DNA of 64,000 bases, taken from contig CAWGMQ010000003.1 in NCBI GenBank assembly GCA_963823665.1, forward strand, positions 416,001 through 480,000. Reading direction: 5' to 3'. This document shows positions 10,773 to 22,163 of the stretch, piece by piece. The stretch's first letter is position 1. Each line of letters begins with the position of its first letter. The translations under genes were made by a program, and so were the position numbers. The notes under the pieces were generated by a model that made no database searches, was not told the origin of the DNA, and saw only the letters and a program-made list of their open reading frames with translations. Source of the stretch: an uncultured Planctomycetota bacterium. Lineage in GTDB: Bacteria > Planctomycetota > Planctomycetia > Isosphaerales > Isosphaeraceae.

Positions 10773-11585
10773 CTACCGTCCTTGCCTGAGCCGATCGCCC
10801 AGGAAGGGCTCGAGCTCGGGAACAGAGTAAATCTTCTGGATCGTTTTCTCAAAATCATAGAGCAGCCGGCGGTAGGTGATTTTCGGTGAACGCGGATTGG
10901 GTGTCGGAGTCCGCTCGCCGTCACCGTTGGCACCCTCGTCGGGCAGGCCGTCCTCGAGGATGACGTAACAAGCCCGATTGTCGCCGTCACGCGGTTGCCC
11001 AACCGAGCCGACGTTGACCATGACCTTGCCTTCGCCCAGAGAGTACTCCAGGTCGATCTCTTCAGGGGCGAAGAACTGAAAGTTCTCGGTGAAGATCCCC
11101 GGAACGTGAGTGTGGCCCTGAAAACAATATCGCCCGACGAGCTGGAACAACCGCTCCATCTTGCGGTGATTGTAAATGTCCTCCGGAAATATGTATTCAC
11201 TCAACGGATTGCGCGGCGAGCCATGAACAAACAGAAACGAACCATAGCGGTGGGAACGCGGAAGCTCGCCGAGAAATTCCCAGCGGCGCTGGTTACCTTC
11301 TCGATCGGACGGCGATTCGAGCTGTTCTCGCGTCCAAAAAATGGCACGCTCGGCGCCGATGTTGAAGCCGTCAGGGTCGAACATCGCCCCCTGGTCATGG
11401 TTGCCAAGCAGCGTCATCTTGCAGGTGTCCATCACCCGATCAATGCATTCGCGAGGATTGGGGCCGTAGCCAATAATGTCTCCGAGGCAGAAAATCTCGG
11501 TGATTCCCTGGGCTTCGATGTCGTCGAGCACCACTTCCAGGGCTTCGAGGTTCCCGTGGATATCACTGATCAAAGCGCGGCGCAC
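10773..11585 (-). CDS. calcineurin-like metallophosphoesterase (YfcE/MJ0936-like)
   Basis: [37 protein letters not shown]. Confidence 0.92.
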   Translation of the reverse strand: MRRALISDIHGNLEALEVVLDDIEAQGITEIFCLGDIIGYGPNPRECIDRVMDTCKMTLLGNHDQGAMFDPDGFNIGAERAIFWTREQLESPSDREGNQRRWEFLGELPRSHRYGSFLFVHGSPRNPLSEYIFPEDIYNHRKMERLFQLVGRYCFQGHTHVPGIFTENFQFFAPEEIDLEYSLGEGKVMVNVGSVGQPRDGDNRACYVILEDGLPDEGANGDGERTPTPNPRSPKITYRRLLYDFEKTIQKIYSVPELEPFLGDRLRQGR

Positions 11586-11789
11586 CTAAGGGAAACCTCC
11601 GCCCGAAAATCGTTTAGCATCGCCAAACCGTGCCAGAATGTCAGCGCGAGCCAAACCAGCGCTACTCTTGGAAAGAAGTCCAGTCCAATCTAATATAAAC
11701 TCCCAATAAAGGATAGGGCGAACTAGGCCCAGCGGTCAAGTCCACGACGTCATGGTGTTTCGACAAATACAGCAATCGTGCATGAGAAA

Positions 11790-12477
11790 ATGAACGTCCT
11801 GGTGCTGGACACATCGACCTTCCGGGCCGCGATCGGTCTTCAGGCTTCGGTCTGGAATGGTCTTCGGCACGGCAACCGATGGAATGCAAAAACACGGCCG
11901 CGACCTCATCCCGTCCGTGGCCGAGGTGCTCGCGAGCGGCGGCCTTGGTGCGCGAGAGATCGAGGCAATCGGCGTCGGTTTGGGGCCGGGTTCGTATACC
12001 GGTTTACGGGTCGGGGTGATGGCGGCGAAGACCCTGGCGTACCTCACGGGCGCCCCGCTTATCGGGCTCGACAGTCTCGAAGCGGTCGCGTGGAACGCGC
12101 CCGGCAGCGTGCGCCGCGTTTGCGTTGTAGTCGATGCGCAGCGCGGCGACGTGTATTCGGCCGAATTCGTCCGGAAGGCACCGGACGAGCCGCTCGAGTG
12201 TGTCCGGGCAAGCGAGATCGAGTCGCTCTCGAGTTGGGCGAGCCGACTCGAACCCGGAACGCTCGTGCTCGGGCCCGGGCTCGAATCGAATTCGATTCGA
12301 CTTCAAGTTCCCTCTGACCTGCTGGCGGCTGACCCCGCGATGAATTTCCCGGATGGGATAAAGTTGCTCGAGATTCTGGACCGCGAGTGGCAAGCCGGAC
12401 GCCGCGAGAATGTGTGGCTCGTGGAGCCGCGGTACCTGCGACGGAGCGCTGCCGAGGAAAAGTGGGAGTCGCGATGA
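11790..12477 (+). CDS. tsaB: tRNA t6A biosynthesis protein TsaB (frameshift near 11850)
   Basis: MNVLVLDTST in one frame, then GVGLGPGSYTGLRVG, DAQRGDVY and EPRYLR in the next. Confidence 0.9.
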
Positions 12478-13326
12478 CCGCAACCGACCAATCCCGCACG
12501 AAAGCCGCCTACTCACTCCAGTGGAATCGGTACCGGATCATCCGCGACGACGAAGACCGGGCCACGTTCTTCAGTCGCGCGGGGCTTGCACCGGAGGCGC
12601 TCGACGGCAAGCTCATCCTCGACGCCGGTTGCGGAATGGGGCGCTACTCGCGCATTGCCGCGGGCACTCGATGCGAGCATTCGATCGGCATGGATTTGAG
12701 CCGCGCCGTCGAAGCCGCCCGCGACCTGACTGCCGGTCTCGATCGTGTTTCACTGATCCGAGGCGATCTGCTCCGGCTCCCGTTCGCCGACGAGCGCTTT
12801 GACATCATTTATTCGCTCGGGGTTCTTGATCACACGCCGGATCCACGCTCGGCATTTCTCGGGCTCGCACGGCTTCTCAAGCCGGGGGGCCGGATCGCCG
12901 TCTGGGTCTACCCCAGGGAGCGGCCGCTGGTGGAATTCATCATGAACGCTCAGCGAGCGGTCTCGACGCGCCTGCCGCTCCCCCTGCTGGAGCTTCTCTG
13001 CCGCATCATGGCTCCGATCGGTGGGCTCAAGCGCCGGCTTTTCGCCAGCCGGCGCCGGGTCGTCCAGCGACTCGGAGTGGCGTTGCACCTTCTGACGATC
13101 GGCGTCTCGATGCATCCCGATGCCGAGGTGCGCGTGTGCGATACACTCGACTGGTACGCACCGCGCGTATCTTTCGCGCCATACGTTCGACGAGGTTGCC
13201 GGCTGGTTTCACGAGGCGGGTCTTTCGGAGATAGTTGACTTGAGTCGCAGCCAGACCTGCTTTCACGAGGGACAGGGAAACGGCATCAACATCGCGGCGA
13301 TCAGATCAATTACGCGAAAGTCATGA
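12474..13326 (+). CDS. class I SAM-dependent methyltransferase (frameshift near 13168)
   Basis: ILDAGCGMGR, LPFADERFDIIYSLGVLDHTPD, LLKPGG; ATGA overlap with tsaB; C-terminus in ORF 13120..13326. Confidence 0.85.
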
Positions 13327-13547
13327 ACCAAGTCGGTGCCGGGAGCGTAGTCCCCTGTGGACGTCGCCGGTTGTGGCCTCGACATGGCTTGCCGCGCCGG
13401 CGCACAACTCCTTATCATTCGTAATGGGGAATCGGCGACGCCGCGGAAGATGGGTCGACTATACTCCGCGCGTCGGGCCCCCGCCCGAATTGGTCTTCTC
13501 GCTGTCATTCGCGTTTTGGCAAAACGCCGCCATCGGAGGTTCACAAC

Positions 13548-14685
13548 ATGAAGCGGTGGATCGCTCTCATCGTCCTGGTAATCGGGCTGTCAGGAGCGAC
13601 GGCATTGATGACGCAGATCGCGACCAACTCGGACGCGGGCCCGACGCCGCTCGCCGTCAATGCGGCCAAGGGTCCCCAGCCCAAAGTCGAGTTCGCCACG
13701 CCTTTGATTTTCGACTTCGGCACGATGTCCCAGCATCGCCAGAACTCACACGTCTGGGAGCTCAAGAACTCCGGCGAAGCCGACCTCGAGATCTGGTTGG
13801 AAGAATCCACATGCTCCTGTACGATCGCCAAGCTGAAGCTACCCGCTACCACTGAGGGCACCGAGCGCAGGACCAAAGCCGCGAGTGCTCGTGAAGCCGA
13901 ACGAGACAACCCCAATTTCCGTCGACTGGGACACCAAGACATTCTCGAACCCCTACTCGCAAAGCGTGACAATCGGCACGACCGATCCCGCCAAGCCGAC
14001 ATTCACACTCACCGTCAAGGGAGCTGTTTATCCGCCGGTACAGATCTATCCACCTGATTTCATCAACCTTCCCGCCATCCCCAACGAAGAGGTCTACCAC
14101 ACGGCGATCGCGGTTTACTCGATGGACATGGCCAACATGAAGGTGACCAAGGTCAGCACGGGTCGCCCGGACCTTTTCAAACCGACCTTTGTTGCCATGT
14201 CAGAGCCGGAGCGTAAGCAACTGCACGTGCCCGCGGGCGGCTTTCGAGTCGACGTCGAGATCAAGCCAGGTCTGCCGCTGGGTCAGTTTGCCGAGACGCT
14301 GGTCATCGAGACCGACCACCCGTTACTGAAAGAACTTCAGGTCGCGATCCGCGGCTATGCGACGGGGCCCATCAGCATCGTGCCGGCCAAGCTGTCACTC
14401 AGGGCAAACAGTGCAGTTGGCGGGACCACCAGCATGAGCGTGCACGTTCGCGGCGGCGAAGACGTCGTATTCACGGTCATACAGAAGCCCGGTGAGAACG
14501 TCGAAATCTCCATCACTCCATACGGCGAGAAACAAAAAGGCAGACACAGGTTGACGGCGACGGTGCCGCCCGGAACGCCCCCTGGGCGAATGGACAAGGA
14601 CCTCATTCTCCACACCACCCATCCCAGGGCGTCCGAAATCAAGATTCCTGCGGACATTATCGTCACGAATTCAAGCTCGGGCTAA
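13548..14685 (+). CDS. exported DUF1573-domain (Ig-like) protein (frameshift near 13880)
   Basis: N-terminal hydrophobic segment, FDFGTM, LKNSGEADL..STCSCT, continuing VKPNETT..TIGTTDP in ORF 13885; GGAGG SD. Confidence 0.8.
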
Positions 14686-14816
14686 AAACCCGGGCGAGGT
14701 GCCCTATCTGAATCGACCGGCTGAATCGAATTGAAACTCGGCGTCGGAGCAGGGGCTCGATCGACCGCGAAGCCCCGCACGCGATGACGCCACGCCCCAG
14801 CACGCGAGGCCCCGGA

Positions 14817-15326
14817 ATGAGGCGGCGCATCGTCCTGATCGTCTCGCTGATCGCACTGGCGGTTACGGCCGCGGTCGTGAGCAGGAACGTCACTATCGCC
14901 AGATTGCCAGCGAATGCACAAGCCACGAAAAAACGCGATGCACCTCAGCCGAAGCTCGCAATCACTGACCCGCTCGTTTACGACTTTGGCAAATCGCCGC
15001 AACTGCGGGCGGGCGCGCACACATGGGTAGTGAAGAACGCCGGCGACAGCGACTTGGAGATATGGCTCGAGGATTCGACCGCGAGCGCGACTGTCAGTCT
15101 GCCCTTGCCGCCGGGAGAACTAAAGCGCGTCCTGCGAATCAAGCCGGCACAGACGGCCACGATCGAATTCCAGTGGAACACGAAGCGGTTTATCAACCAG
15201 TATTCCCAGGCCTGCACGATCGGAACGAACGACCCGCAACGGCCGATTGTGACGCTGGCGGTGCGGGGCAATGTCGTCGCCGCGAATTCCGACTCGAACA
15301 GAGGGCTGCATCATAGGGACCGATGA
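14817..15326 (+). CDS. exported DUF1573-domain protein, paralogue of the preceding gene
   Basis: YDFG, VKNAGDSDLEIWLE, TIGTNDP; aligns with the N-half of 13548. Confidence 0.8.
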   Translation: MRRRIVLIVSLIALAVTAAVVSRNVTIARLPANAQATKKRDAPQPKLAITDPLVYDFGKSPQLRAGAHTWVVKNAGDSDLEIWLEDSTASATVSLPLPPGELKRVLRIKPAQTATIEFQWNTKRFINQYSQACTIGTNDPQRPIVTLAVRGNVVAANSDSNRGLHHRDR

Positions 15327-15488
15327 TCCGTGGCGACGGAGATTCACTCTCGGTGTAAAGGGCGTCGTCGACCCGCCGACGAATCGATGACAGGCTGGAT
15401 GTCTGTCGCCGCGAACGGGATTGCTCTTATCGCAGATATCGACGGCGGCTATAACTCTCCGAAACGAATCATGGAGGGGAGGCTCACG

Positions 15489-17114
15489 ATGAGGCGGCTC
15501 GATTTTCGACCTGTAGCAAGCACGGCCTTGGCGGCTGCGGTCCTCGTCTATGTGGGCTGCTCGGGCGATCCAGCGGCCAAAACCACGCCGGCGGCCGGCA
15601 AACCCGCCGGCGCCGGAACGCCTGAGCACACTCCGACAACAGCGAAAACCGATCAAACGACCTCACCAATCGACAAGCTGATGGCGGAGCTGAACAACCC
15701 GGCCGCGGTGCTACTCGTATCGGGCCAGCAGGACGGGTACCTGGAGCCGTGCGGCTGCTCGGCCGAGCAAGTTGGCGGTCTGCTTCGCCGCTTCGAGCTG
15801 GTCGAGCGCCTGCGCAAGCAAAACTGGCCTGTTTCGCTCGTCGATCTGGGCGGCCTGATCAAGGACCCGCACTCCCGCGGCGGCTTCGAACAGAACAAGA
15901 TCAAGTTCGACTATGCTCTCAAGGCGTTCAAGCTGCTCGGCTACGACGCTCTGGCCCTCTCGGCCGACGACCTCAAGGTTGGCGTCGGTGAGGCGCTCGG
16001 GCTCTTCGACAACAATTTGGGCGAAAAGACCAAGATCGTGGTTGCCAACGTGCAGCCGGAACAAATCTACGAGAAACTGTTTCGTCGCAGCATCGTCGTC
16101 ACCGCCGGCCCCGTCAAGCTGGGCATCACCGCCGTCATCGATCCCGAAGCGATTCAAAAGCTCGCGGATTCCGAGAAGGACGTGATGCTCACCGCGATCA
16201 AGCCGCCCGACGAGGTGGTGCCGCGCGAGCTGGCCGACCTCGAATCGAAGAGCGACTACCAGGTCCTTCTGGTCCAGGGGCCACCGGCCATGGCGAAGCG
16301 GTTGGCCGAAGCCAACCCCGGCTTTGACGTCGTCGTCGCGAGATCCGAGTTCATCGATCCCCTGAACCGCGAGCCTGAGCTTGTCGGCGGCGGCAAGACC
16401 ATGCTGATCACGACCGGGAAGAAGGGCAAATATGTGGGTGTCATCAGCATCCATCCCAAGGAGGCCAGCCCGCTGCGGTTTCATCTGGTCACCCTCAACC
16501 GTCGCTTCGAGGGCCCCGCCGCGCCCATGAAGGCGCTCATCGAAAATGAGTATCGCCAGACGCTCAAGTCTCTCGGAGTTGTCGAGAACTACGTCCGGAT
16601 CAACGTCGTCAATGCCGCACCCGGCGCAACCTTCGCCGGCGCCGCAGCCTGCAAGGACTGCCATCCCAATACATTCGACAAGTGGAGCAAGACCAAGCAC
16701 AAGCATGCGTTCGAAGCCCTGTTGAACGACCCCAAGCCCAACAGCGCATTTGACGCCGAATGCATCACCTGCCACACCACCGGCTTCGAATACAACTCCG
16801 GGTGGAAGTCGGAGAAAGCAACGCCCCACTTGGCCGGGAACCAGTGCGAGAATTGCCACGGTCCAGCATCCCGCCACATCGCCGAGCCCGATGACCTCGA
16901 GATGCGCAAACCGCTTCACCTCGACGCCGCACAAGCCGAGAAGAGCCAGCTTTGCTACCGCTGTCATGACGAGGACAACTCGCGCGAGTTCGAGTTCAAG
17001 AAGTTCTACGGCAAGATCGTGCACAAGGCGTTGGACAAATACGATGACCCGAAAGTGCACAAGGGGGTCACTCCCAAGACCGCCAAGCCCGCCACGACGG
17101 GTGCCTTGAAATGA
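15489..17114 (+). CDS. lipoprotein with UshA/5'-nucleotidase-like N-domain and tetraheme c554-like cytochrome C-domain
   Basis: Lipobox-like VYVGC; GYLEPCGC..GGLLRR and DLGG; four CxxCH motifs (CKDCH, CITCH, CENCH, CYRCH). Confidence 0.85.
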   Translation: MRRLDFRPVASTALAAAVLVYVGCSGDPAAKTTPAAGKPAGAGTPEHTPTTAKTDQTTSPIDKLMAELNNPAAVLLVSGQQDGYLEPCGCSAEQVGGLLRRFELVERLRKQNWPVSLVDLGGLIKDPHSRGGFEQNKIKFDYALKAFKLLGYDALALSADDLKVGVGEALGLFDNNLGEKTKIVVANVQPEQIYEKLFRRSIVVTAGPVKLGITAVIDPEAIQKLADSEKDVMLTAIKPPDEVVPRELADLESKSDYQVLLVQGPPAMAKRLAEANPGFDVVVARSEFIDPLNREPELVGGGKTMLITTGKKGKYVGVISIHPKEASPLRFHLVTLNRRFEGPAAPMKALIENEYRQTLKSLGVVENYVRINVVNAAPGATFAGAAACKDCHPNTFDKWSKTKHKHAFEALLNDPKPNSAFDAECITCHTTGFEYNSGWKSEKATPHLAGNQCENCHGPASRHIAEPDDLEMRKPLHLDAAQAEKSQLCYRCHDEDNSREFEFKKFYGKIVHKALDKYDDPKVHKGVTPKTAKPATTGALK

Positions 17115-17164
17115 GAGGAAGTCTCGCAGGGCCTTGCATTTCCGCTCAAAGTCGGCTAAGTTCC

Positions 17165-17280
17165 CGACAATCTTCTATTGAGGGGTTGTTGGGCGCGGGT
17201 CTCCGGGCACCCGAAGGGTCGCCACCCTCCTCACCGACCGCAGGTCTCCAGGCGGTAGACCCGCCAATCGAAGATTGTCG
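17165..17280. repeat. 116-bp MITE/REP-like element with 16-bp inverted ends
   Basis: CGACAATCTTCTATTG (17165-17180) and CAATCGAAGATTGTCG (17265-17280) are 15/16 complementary; GGTCTCC occurs twice inside. Confidence 0.6.
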
Positions 17281-17386
17281 CAGCACTCGATCTGTTCGCT
17301 GCTCGATCACGATTGACCGCGCAGATGGGTCGCGCACTCCGCAGGCAGTGCCAGGCGCTCTCAAGGAGAGGAAAGGAATTCCGCAG

Positions 17387-17767
17387 ATGAGCGATTCGAT
17401 GCTTGAAACAGCAACAAAACAAGCGGCTTCCGTCTCTTCAAATCCGAAGCGATTGCGCCTCAAGTCACGTTACAGAGAAGACCATCAGAACCCCGTCAAT
17501 CATTTCCTGCACGTCGGAGTGGGCTGGCCGATGGTGGCCCTCGCCGTGATCTTGCTGCCGTTCCGGCCGCTCTGGTCGCTGGGCCTGTTCGTTTCGGGTT
17601 ATGCCATCATGTTCTTCGGACACTTTGTGTTTGAGCGGAACATCCCGACGATCTTCAAAGAGCCGACCACGCCGTTTGTGATGGCCTTTACCGTGATGCG
17701 GCAGATGCTGCAGGCGGCGCGAATTCTGCCGGCCGGCGGACAAAGGACGCGCGGCCGCGACGCATGA
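17387..17767 (+). CDS. DUF962/Mpo1-like small membrane protein
   Basis: YREDHQNPVNHFLHVGVG..FFGHFVFERNIP; AAGGA SD. Confidence 0.8.
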   Translation: MSDSMLETATKQAASVSSNPKRLRLKSRYREDHQNPVNHFLHVGVGWPMVALAVILLPFRPLWSLGLFVSGYAIMFFGHFVFERNIPTIFKEPTTPFVMAFTVMRQMLQAARILPAGGQRTRGRDA

Positions 17768-17888
17768 GTCTCGAGCAGCAGCCTCACTACATGTACTCCG
17801 CGAAGATATAATATCAAACGCAACCGCGCGGCATTCGGGGTACTTCGCCTGGATCATGTGAGTCCGCAGGCGGCAGTGGTCAGGATGA

Positions 17889-18788
17889 GTGGCCATAGTC
17901 ATCAATCGACTCATGTTCGGAAAGAAGCCCGCCCCATTATGGGATGAGCTGGATCCGGCGCCGGTGCGAACACCAGGACGACTGCGCCACTTGAAGCTCA
18001 GCCCGGTCGAGGCCGTTGTCATCTTGCTCACGTTGGCGGTTTTGACTGGGTTGCTTCTCCCCGTTCTTATCGGCCCAGATCGTGATTACTCCCACAGGTT
18101 TCCGCCGGCTAACGCGAGCGCCTCGAATGGCTTCGGTGCGATTGCAGGTGAATACACGCAAGGAGACGGGCTCGGCCTGAGCTGGGCCCTGAGCATTCTT
18201 CCGGATGGGCGATACTCATTCCGCTGGTCTGGCTGTGCAGGCGTGTATAACCGCGAATCCGGCTTTTCGAAACGCGTTGGCGAATACCTGCTGCTGTCGT
18301 CGGTCGCGCCGATCGAACCGCAGATCCCCCGTCTCTTTCTTCCGGTCAAATGGGGCCGCCGCACGTACTTGATTCCTCCCGAGGAGCTAGAGCAGTTCAG
18401 TGACGCGATCATCAAGGGCGACGAGCCGCGAAATGAAGGCGCCCGCGGCCACTTCTATGTCGTCGGCCTGGCCGAACCGGTCGGCGGCGTGCCGGAATTA
18501 CCTGAGCCATGGGCCACATTCCTGCGAAAGAACGCAGTGATCGGCACGGTCGTCGAGGTGAGGGAGCGCGGTCGAGTCAAGGTCGACGTCGGATCGGCGG
18601 ACGGCGTGAGCGCCGAGTCCATCATAACCATTCAGGGACGGGAGCACCTTTTGACCCGGCATCTGAGGATCGTCGCTGTCAACGAGCGAACATCTTTAGC
18701 GGAGGATGTGTACCCAGACGAGCGTGAGAAACCCCTCGCGGTGGGAGACAACATCGTCGTGGCGAAGGAGACGCTCGACTGTCAATGA
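17889..18788 (+). CDS. membrane-anchored hypothetical protein with pilin-like N-terminal helix (paralogue of 26664)
   Basis: LWDELDPAP, LSPVEAVVILLTLAVLTGLLLP; shares LSILPDGRYS, RESG, RTYLIPPE and GVPELP with 26664. Confidence 0.7.
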   Translation: MAIVINRLMFGKKPAPLWDELDPAPVRTPGRLRHLKLSPVEAVVILLTLAVLTGLLLPVLIGPDRDYSHRFPPANASASNGFGAIAGEYTQGDGLGLSWALSILPDGRYSFRWSGCAGVYNRESGFSKRVGEYLLLSSVAPIEPQIPRLFLPVKWGRRTYLIPPEELEQFSDAIIKGDEPRNEGARGHFYVVGLAEPVGGVPELPEPWATFLRKNAVIGTVVEVRERGRVKVDVGSADGVSAESIITIQGREHLLTRHLRIVAVNERTSLAEDVYPDEREKPLAVGDNIVVAKETLDCQ

Positions 18789-18846
18789 TGCTGTCGCTCT
18801 TCGGATTAGAGCGTAGGCAATCACGATCGCGTCGCAGGAGGCCGGG

Positions 18847-21042
18847 ATGATGGCAACTTGGAAGCCGCCGTTGAACGTGATCTTGACAATCGGCGTGCTC
18901 GCGACGGGCGTCCACGTTCGATCTGAAGCACTCCAGGCAACGCAGGATCGAGGGGCGGACGCCGGGAAACTCCCGGTCACGGCACCGCTGGCCACACCAA
19001 GCCCACTCGATTTCCCCGACGATCCGCTGCCGAAATACGCTCGGGCGCGACTCGGGACCAATCGGTTTCACAGTCGCGATAACCTGGACGTCGCGTCTTA
19101 CACACCCGATGGAAAGTTCGCATTCACACTCGGAAACGGAAGAATCCGTGTCTGGGACTCGGCGACCGGACGTATCGTTCGAGCTATCGGCGATTCGGAA
19201 AGCGACTTCCGCGCGATGGCGATTTCGCCTGCCGGCAACACGCTCGCAACAACGGCAGGATTCCCCAGCCGCCTTCGGCTGTGGGACCTGCCTTCGGGAC
19301 GCGAGCAGCGACGATGGCACGTGGCCAAAGCCGAGACTTATTACGGACAACTGTGCTTTTCGCCCGATGGCAAGACGCTCGTCGTGGGCGTCTCAACGAA
19401 CGATCAAACCGCGGGGGCACGAAACCAGTTTGTCGATCTGCTCGACCTCGCCGCGAAGACCGAACGCCGTCGCCGGATTGTCGGTGACTGGTTTGGGCTG
19501 CGGGATCTCAAGTTCTCGCCCGATGGCAAGATGCTCGCTGCAGCGAGCATCCAGTGGATCGATGTCAAAGGCCGGACAACTCGGACGATGGAAGGATCGA
19601 CCCATATCTGGAACGTCGCCACCGGTGAGGAACGCCTTCGGTCCAAGGTTGATGGGTATAGCGTTCACTCGGTCGCCTTTTCGTCAGACTCAAACACGCT
19701 CGCGACCGCGATCGAGGATGGCTCCGTCCGTCGCTATGACGTGGGCTCGGGAAAGGAAGTCATGCCGCGCCTGAGCGAGCGGTTTCCGATGCCCCGGCCC
19801 GGCGAACCTGAGGCCCTCCGAGCGTGGTCACGCGGGATGCATTCCGTGGCGTTTTCTCCCGACGGAACGATCCTTGCCGCTGGAGCCGCCGGAACCGACG
19901 AAGACGGCGATCCGTCCCTTGCACGCATTTACTTGTGGGACGCCGTTCGCAGCCGAAAGCTTGCTGAGATTCCGGTGCATTACCAGGTCGTCTCGTCCCT
20001 CTCGTTCTCGCCCGACGGCAAAACGCTGGCCTCGGCCGGTCACGAGGAGGCCGTGCTCTTCTGGAACGTCGCCACTGGCCGTGAGGCGTTTCCGCAGGGC
20101 GGACATTGCTCGCAGATCACCGCGATTGCAATTTCGCGCGCAGACGGAACGGTCTTCACAAGCGGCCTCGACGCCACAATCCGGCAATGGGACCCGAGTT
20201 CGGGCCGCGAGCTCGCGGTCATTGCCAGCTTGGCGAATACGAGCGCTCAATCTCTAGCTGTTGCCCCAGACGGCAAATCGGTCGTGTTCGGCGGCATGCA
20301 CGGGAGGCGCGCCCTGTGGAGCATTCCGCGGGCGCGAGAGATTGATCGCTTTCCTCATGCCAATCCGGAAGCTTCCGTCCACCACGTTGGCTTTTCCCCC
20401 GACGGTAGCCTGGTGGCGTCAGACCTGCATCTCTGGGACGTCGCCACGGGCCGAATACGCGTGCAATTCCCGTATGACAAAAGCGCGGACGGCGGCTCTG
20501 CTTGCTTCTTCCCCCTCTTTTTTTCTCATGACGGCAAGGAGGTGATCGCGACGGAGAACCGCGGCGTGCGGATCCTGGACGTCGCATCCGGCAAGGAACG
20601 GCGATGGGCCGTACGGGCAAGTCTAGAATCAGATCGACTGGCACTGAGCGTCGACGGCCGATTCCTGGCGGCAGGCGGAGCGGGACCCCGCGTCGGATGG
20701 GGAATTAACCCCCGAATCCGCGTTTGGGAGCTCGCGTCGGGTCGGGAGGTCGCACGCTTACGTGGCCATGAAGAGAAGATCAACGGTCTGTCCTTCTCAC
20801 CGGACGGCCGCCTTCTGGCTTCATGCAGCGGGGACTATCGATCGGACAAGGATATGACCGTTCGCGTCTGGGACCTCGCCACAGGCCAAGAGCGGCGACG
20901 ATTCGACGGCCACCGCGGCCCGGTCAGATCCGTCGCGTTCACGCCCGATGGCCGATGGGTCGTTTCCGGCAGCGAGGATTGCACGGGATTAGTCTGGGAC
21001 GTTTCGGACTTGGGAGTAAGTCCAAAGCCGGATCCGGGCTGA
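18847..21042 (+). CDS. exported WD40-repeat beta-propeller protein
   Basis: DPLPKYARARLGT lead-in; many FSPDG..WD repeats; GH..V.SVAF repeats. Confidence 0.9.
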   Translation: MMATWKPPLNVILTIGVLATGVHVRSEALQATQDRGADAGKLPVTAPLATPSPLDFPDDPLPKYARARLGTNRFHSRDNLDVASYTPDGKFAFTLGNGRIRVWDSATGRIVRAIGDSESDFRAMAISPAGNTLATTAGFPSRLRLWDLPSGREQRRWHVAKAETYYGQLCFSPDGKTLVVGVSTNDQTAGARNQFVDLLDLAAKTERRRRIVGDWFGLRDLKFSPDGKMLAAASIQWIDVKGRTTRTMEGSTHIWNVATGEERLRSKVDGYSVHSVAFSSDSNTLATAIEDGSVRRYDVGSGKEVMPRLSERFPMPRPGEPEALRAWSRGMHSVAFSPDGTILAAGAAGTDEDGDPSLARIYLWDAVRSRKLAEIPVHYQVVSSLSFSPDGKTLASAGHEEAVLFWNVATGREAFPQGGHCSQITAIAISRADGTVFTSGLDATIRQWDPSSGRELAVIASLANTSAQSLAVAPDGKSVVFGGMHGRRALWSIPRAREIDRFPHANPEASVHHVGFSPDGSLVASDLHLWDVATGRIRVQFPYDKSADGGSACFFPLFFSHDGKEVIATENRGVRILDVASGKERRWAVRASLESDRLALSVDGRFLAAGGAGPRVGWGINPRIRVWELASGREVARLRGHEEKINGLSFSPDGRLLASCSGDYRSDKDMTVRVWDLATGQERRRFDGHRGPVRSVAFTPDGRWVVSGSEDCTGLVWDVSDLGVSPKPDPG

Positions 21043-21218
21043 TCCACGCTTCCAGCGGCTTTTTCCCAGAAACAAACCGAGCTTCACCCTGCCTTAAGGT
21101 AGCACCTCTACAATCCGTGTGAAACCGTTCAGAAGAACCCCACGGCAGATCAAAGAACCAACCGCGTAGAAGGCACAGCGTTTCGATCTTGCCGGGCGGT
21201 TTTACAGGAGACACACGA

Positions 21219-21968
21219 ATGAGCATCCTCGGAACGACAAAAGGGATCGTCCTCGCGACGGCGGCGTTGTTAGCCCCGGCGCTCGCCCTGGCCCAACCGC
21301 CGGGGCCGCCGGACGACGGCCCGCCACCTCCACGCGAGCGCCGCGGCGCACCGGCAGCGGGCCCCGCCAACGACCAGCCGCGCCGCCCCGGGCCGCCGAT
21401 CATGGCCGCCCTTGACACCAATCGCGACGGCGAGCTCTCCCCGGAAGAAATCCGCAACGCCGTCGCCGCGTTCAAGAAGCTCGACCGCAACCACGATGGA
21501 ACACTCGATCGCTCCGAGCTCGAACCCCGCGGCGGTGAACTGGGTGGACCAGACGGACCTCCCGGCGGACAGCCTCGTGCCGGTCGGTTCGGCGGTCCGC
21601 CGCCCGGTGGAGAAGACAGACCGCCGGGTGGTCCCGATGGCCCGCCGCCGGGTGGACCACCCCGAGAAGCCGGCCCCGGCCGGCCCGCGATCGGCCGCGT
21701 TCTGCCGCCGTTTGTCCGCGAGGAGCTGTCGCTCTCCGACCGCCAGCAAAAGCAAATCGCCGACCTCGAGAGCAGCACGAAGTCGAAGCTGGAGTCGATC
21801 CTCACACCCCGTCAGCTCAAGCAACTGCGCGAACACCTGGCAAGTGGACCGGGCGGACCTGGCAGACCCGGCTTCGGCGGTCCCGGCGGTCGTAATCGCG
21901 GAGGGCCTCCCGGCGACGGCGCGCCCGGCGACGACAACGAGCCTCCCGTGAGGCCCCGCCGGCCGTGA
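21219..21968 (+). CDS. exported EF-hand, Gly/Pro-rich protein with Spy/CpxP-like LTxxQ helices
   Basis: Signal peptide ending ALA-Q; EF loops DTNRDGELSPEE and DRNHDGTLDRSE; LSDRQ..LTPRQ; AGGAG SD. Confidence 0.8.
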   Translation: MSILGTTKGIVLATAALLAPALALAQPPGPPDDGPPPPRERRGAPAAGPANDQPRRPGPPIMAALDTNRDGELSPEEIRNAVAAFKKLDRNHDGTLDRSELEPRGGELGGPDGPPGGQPRAGRFGGPPPGGEDRPPGGPDGPPPGGPPREAGPGRPAIGRVLPPFVREELSLSDRQQKQIADLESSTKSKLESILTPRQLKQLREHLASGPGGPGRPGFGGPGGRNRGGPPGDGAPGDDNEPPVRPRRP

Positions 21969-22163
21969 TCGACAGCTTGCAATGAACACGCTCGTGAGAC
22001 CGTGGTTCGGACGGGGAACCTCCAACCCCCGCATGTGAAGGCGACCGCCGCGGAGGTTCGGGCTCACGCCCGAGGCTCGACGACGTGCGCCCCGTCCGAA
22101 CCACGTACTCACCGCGTTGCCACATTCCGCGATCCCCGCCAAATTCCTGGAGCCCCGGCCGCC

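Noticed and set aside
15711..17060. 449-aa minus-strand ORF
   Set aside because: Antisense shadow of the cytochrome gene.
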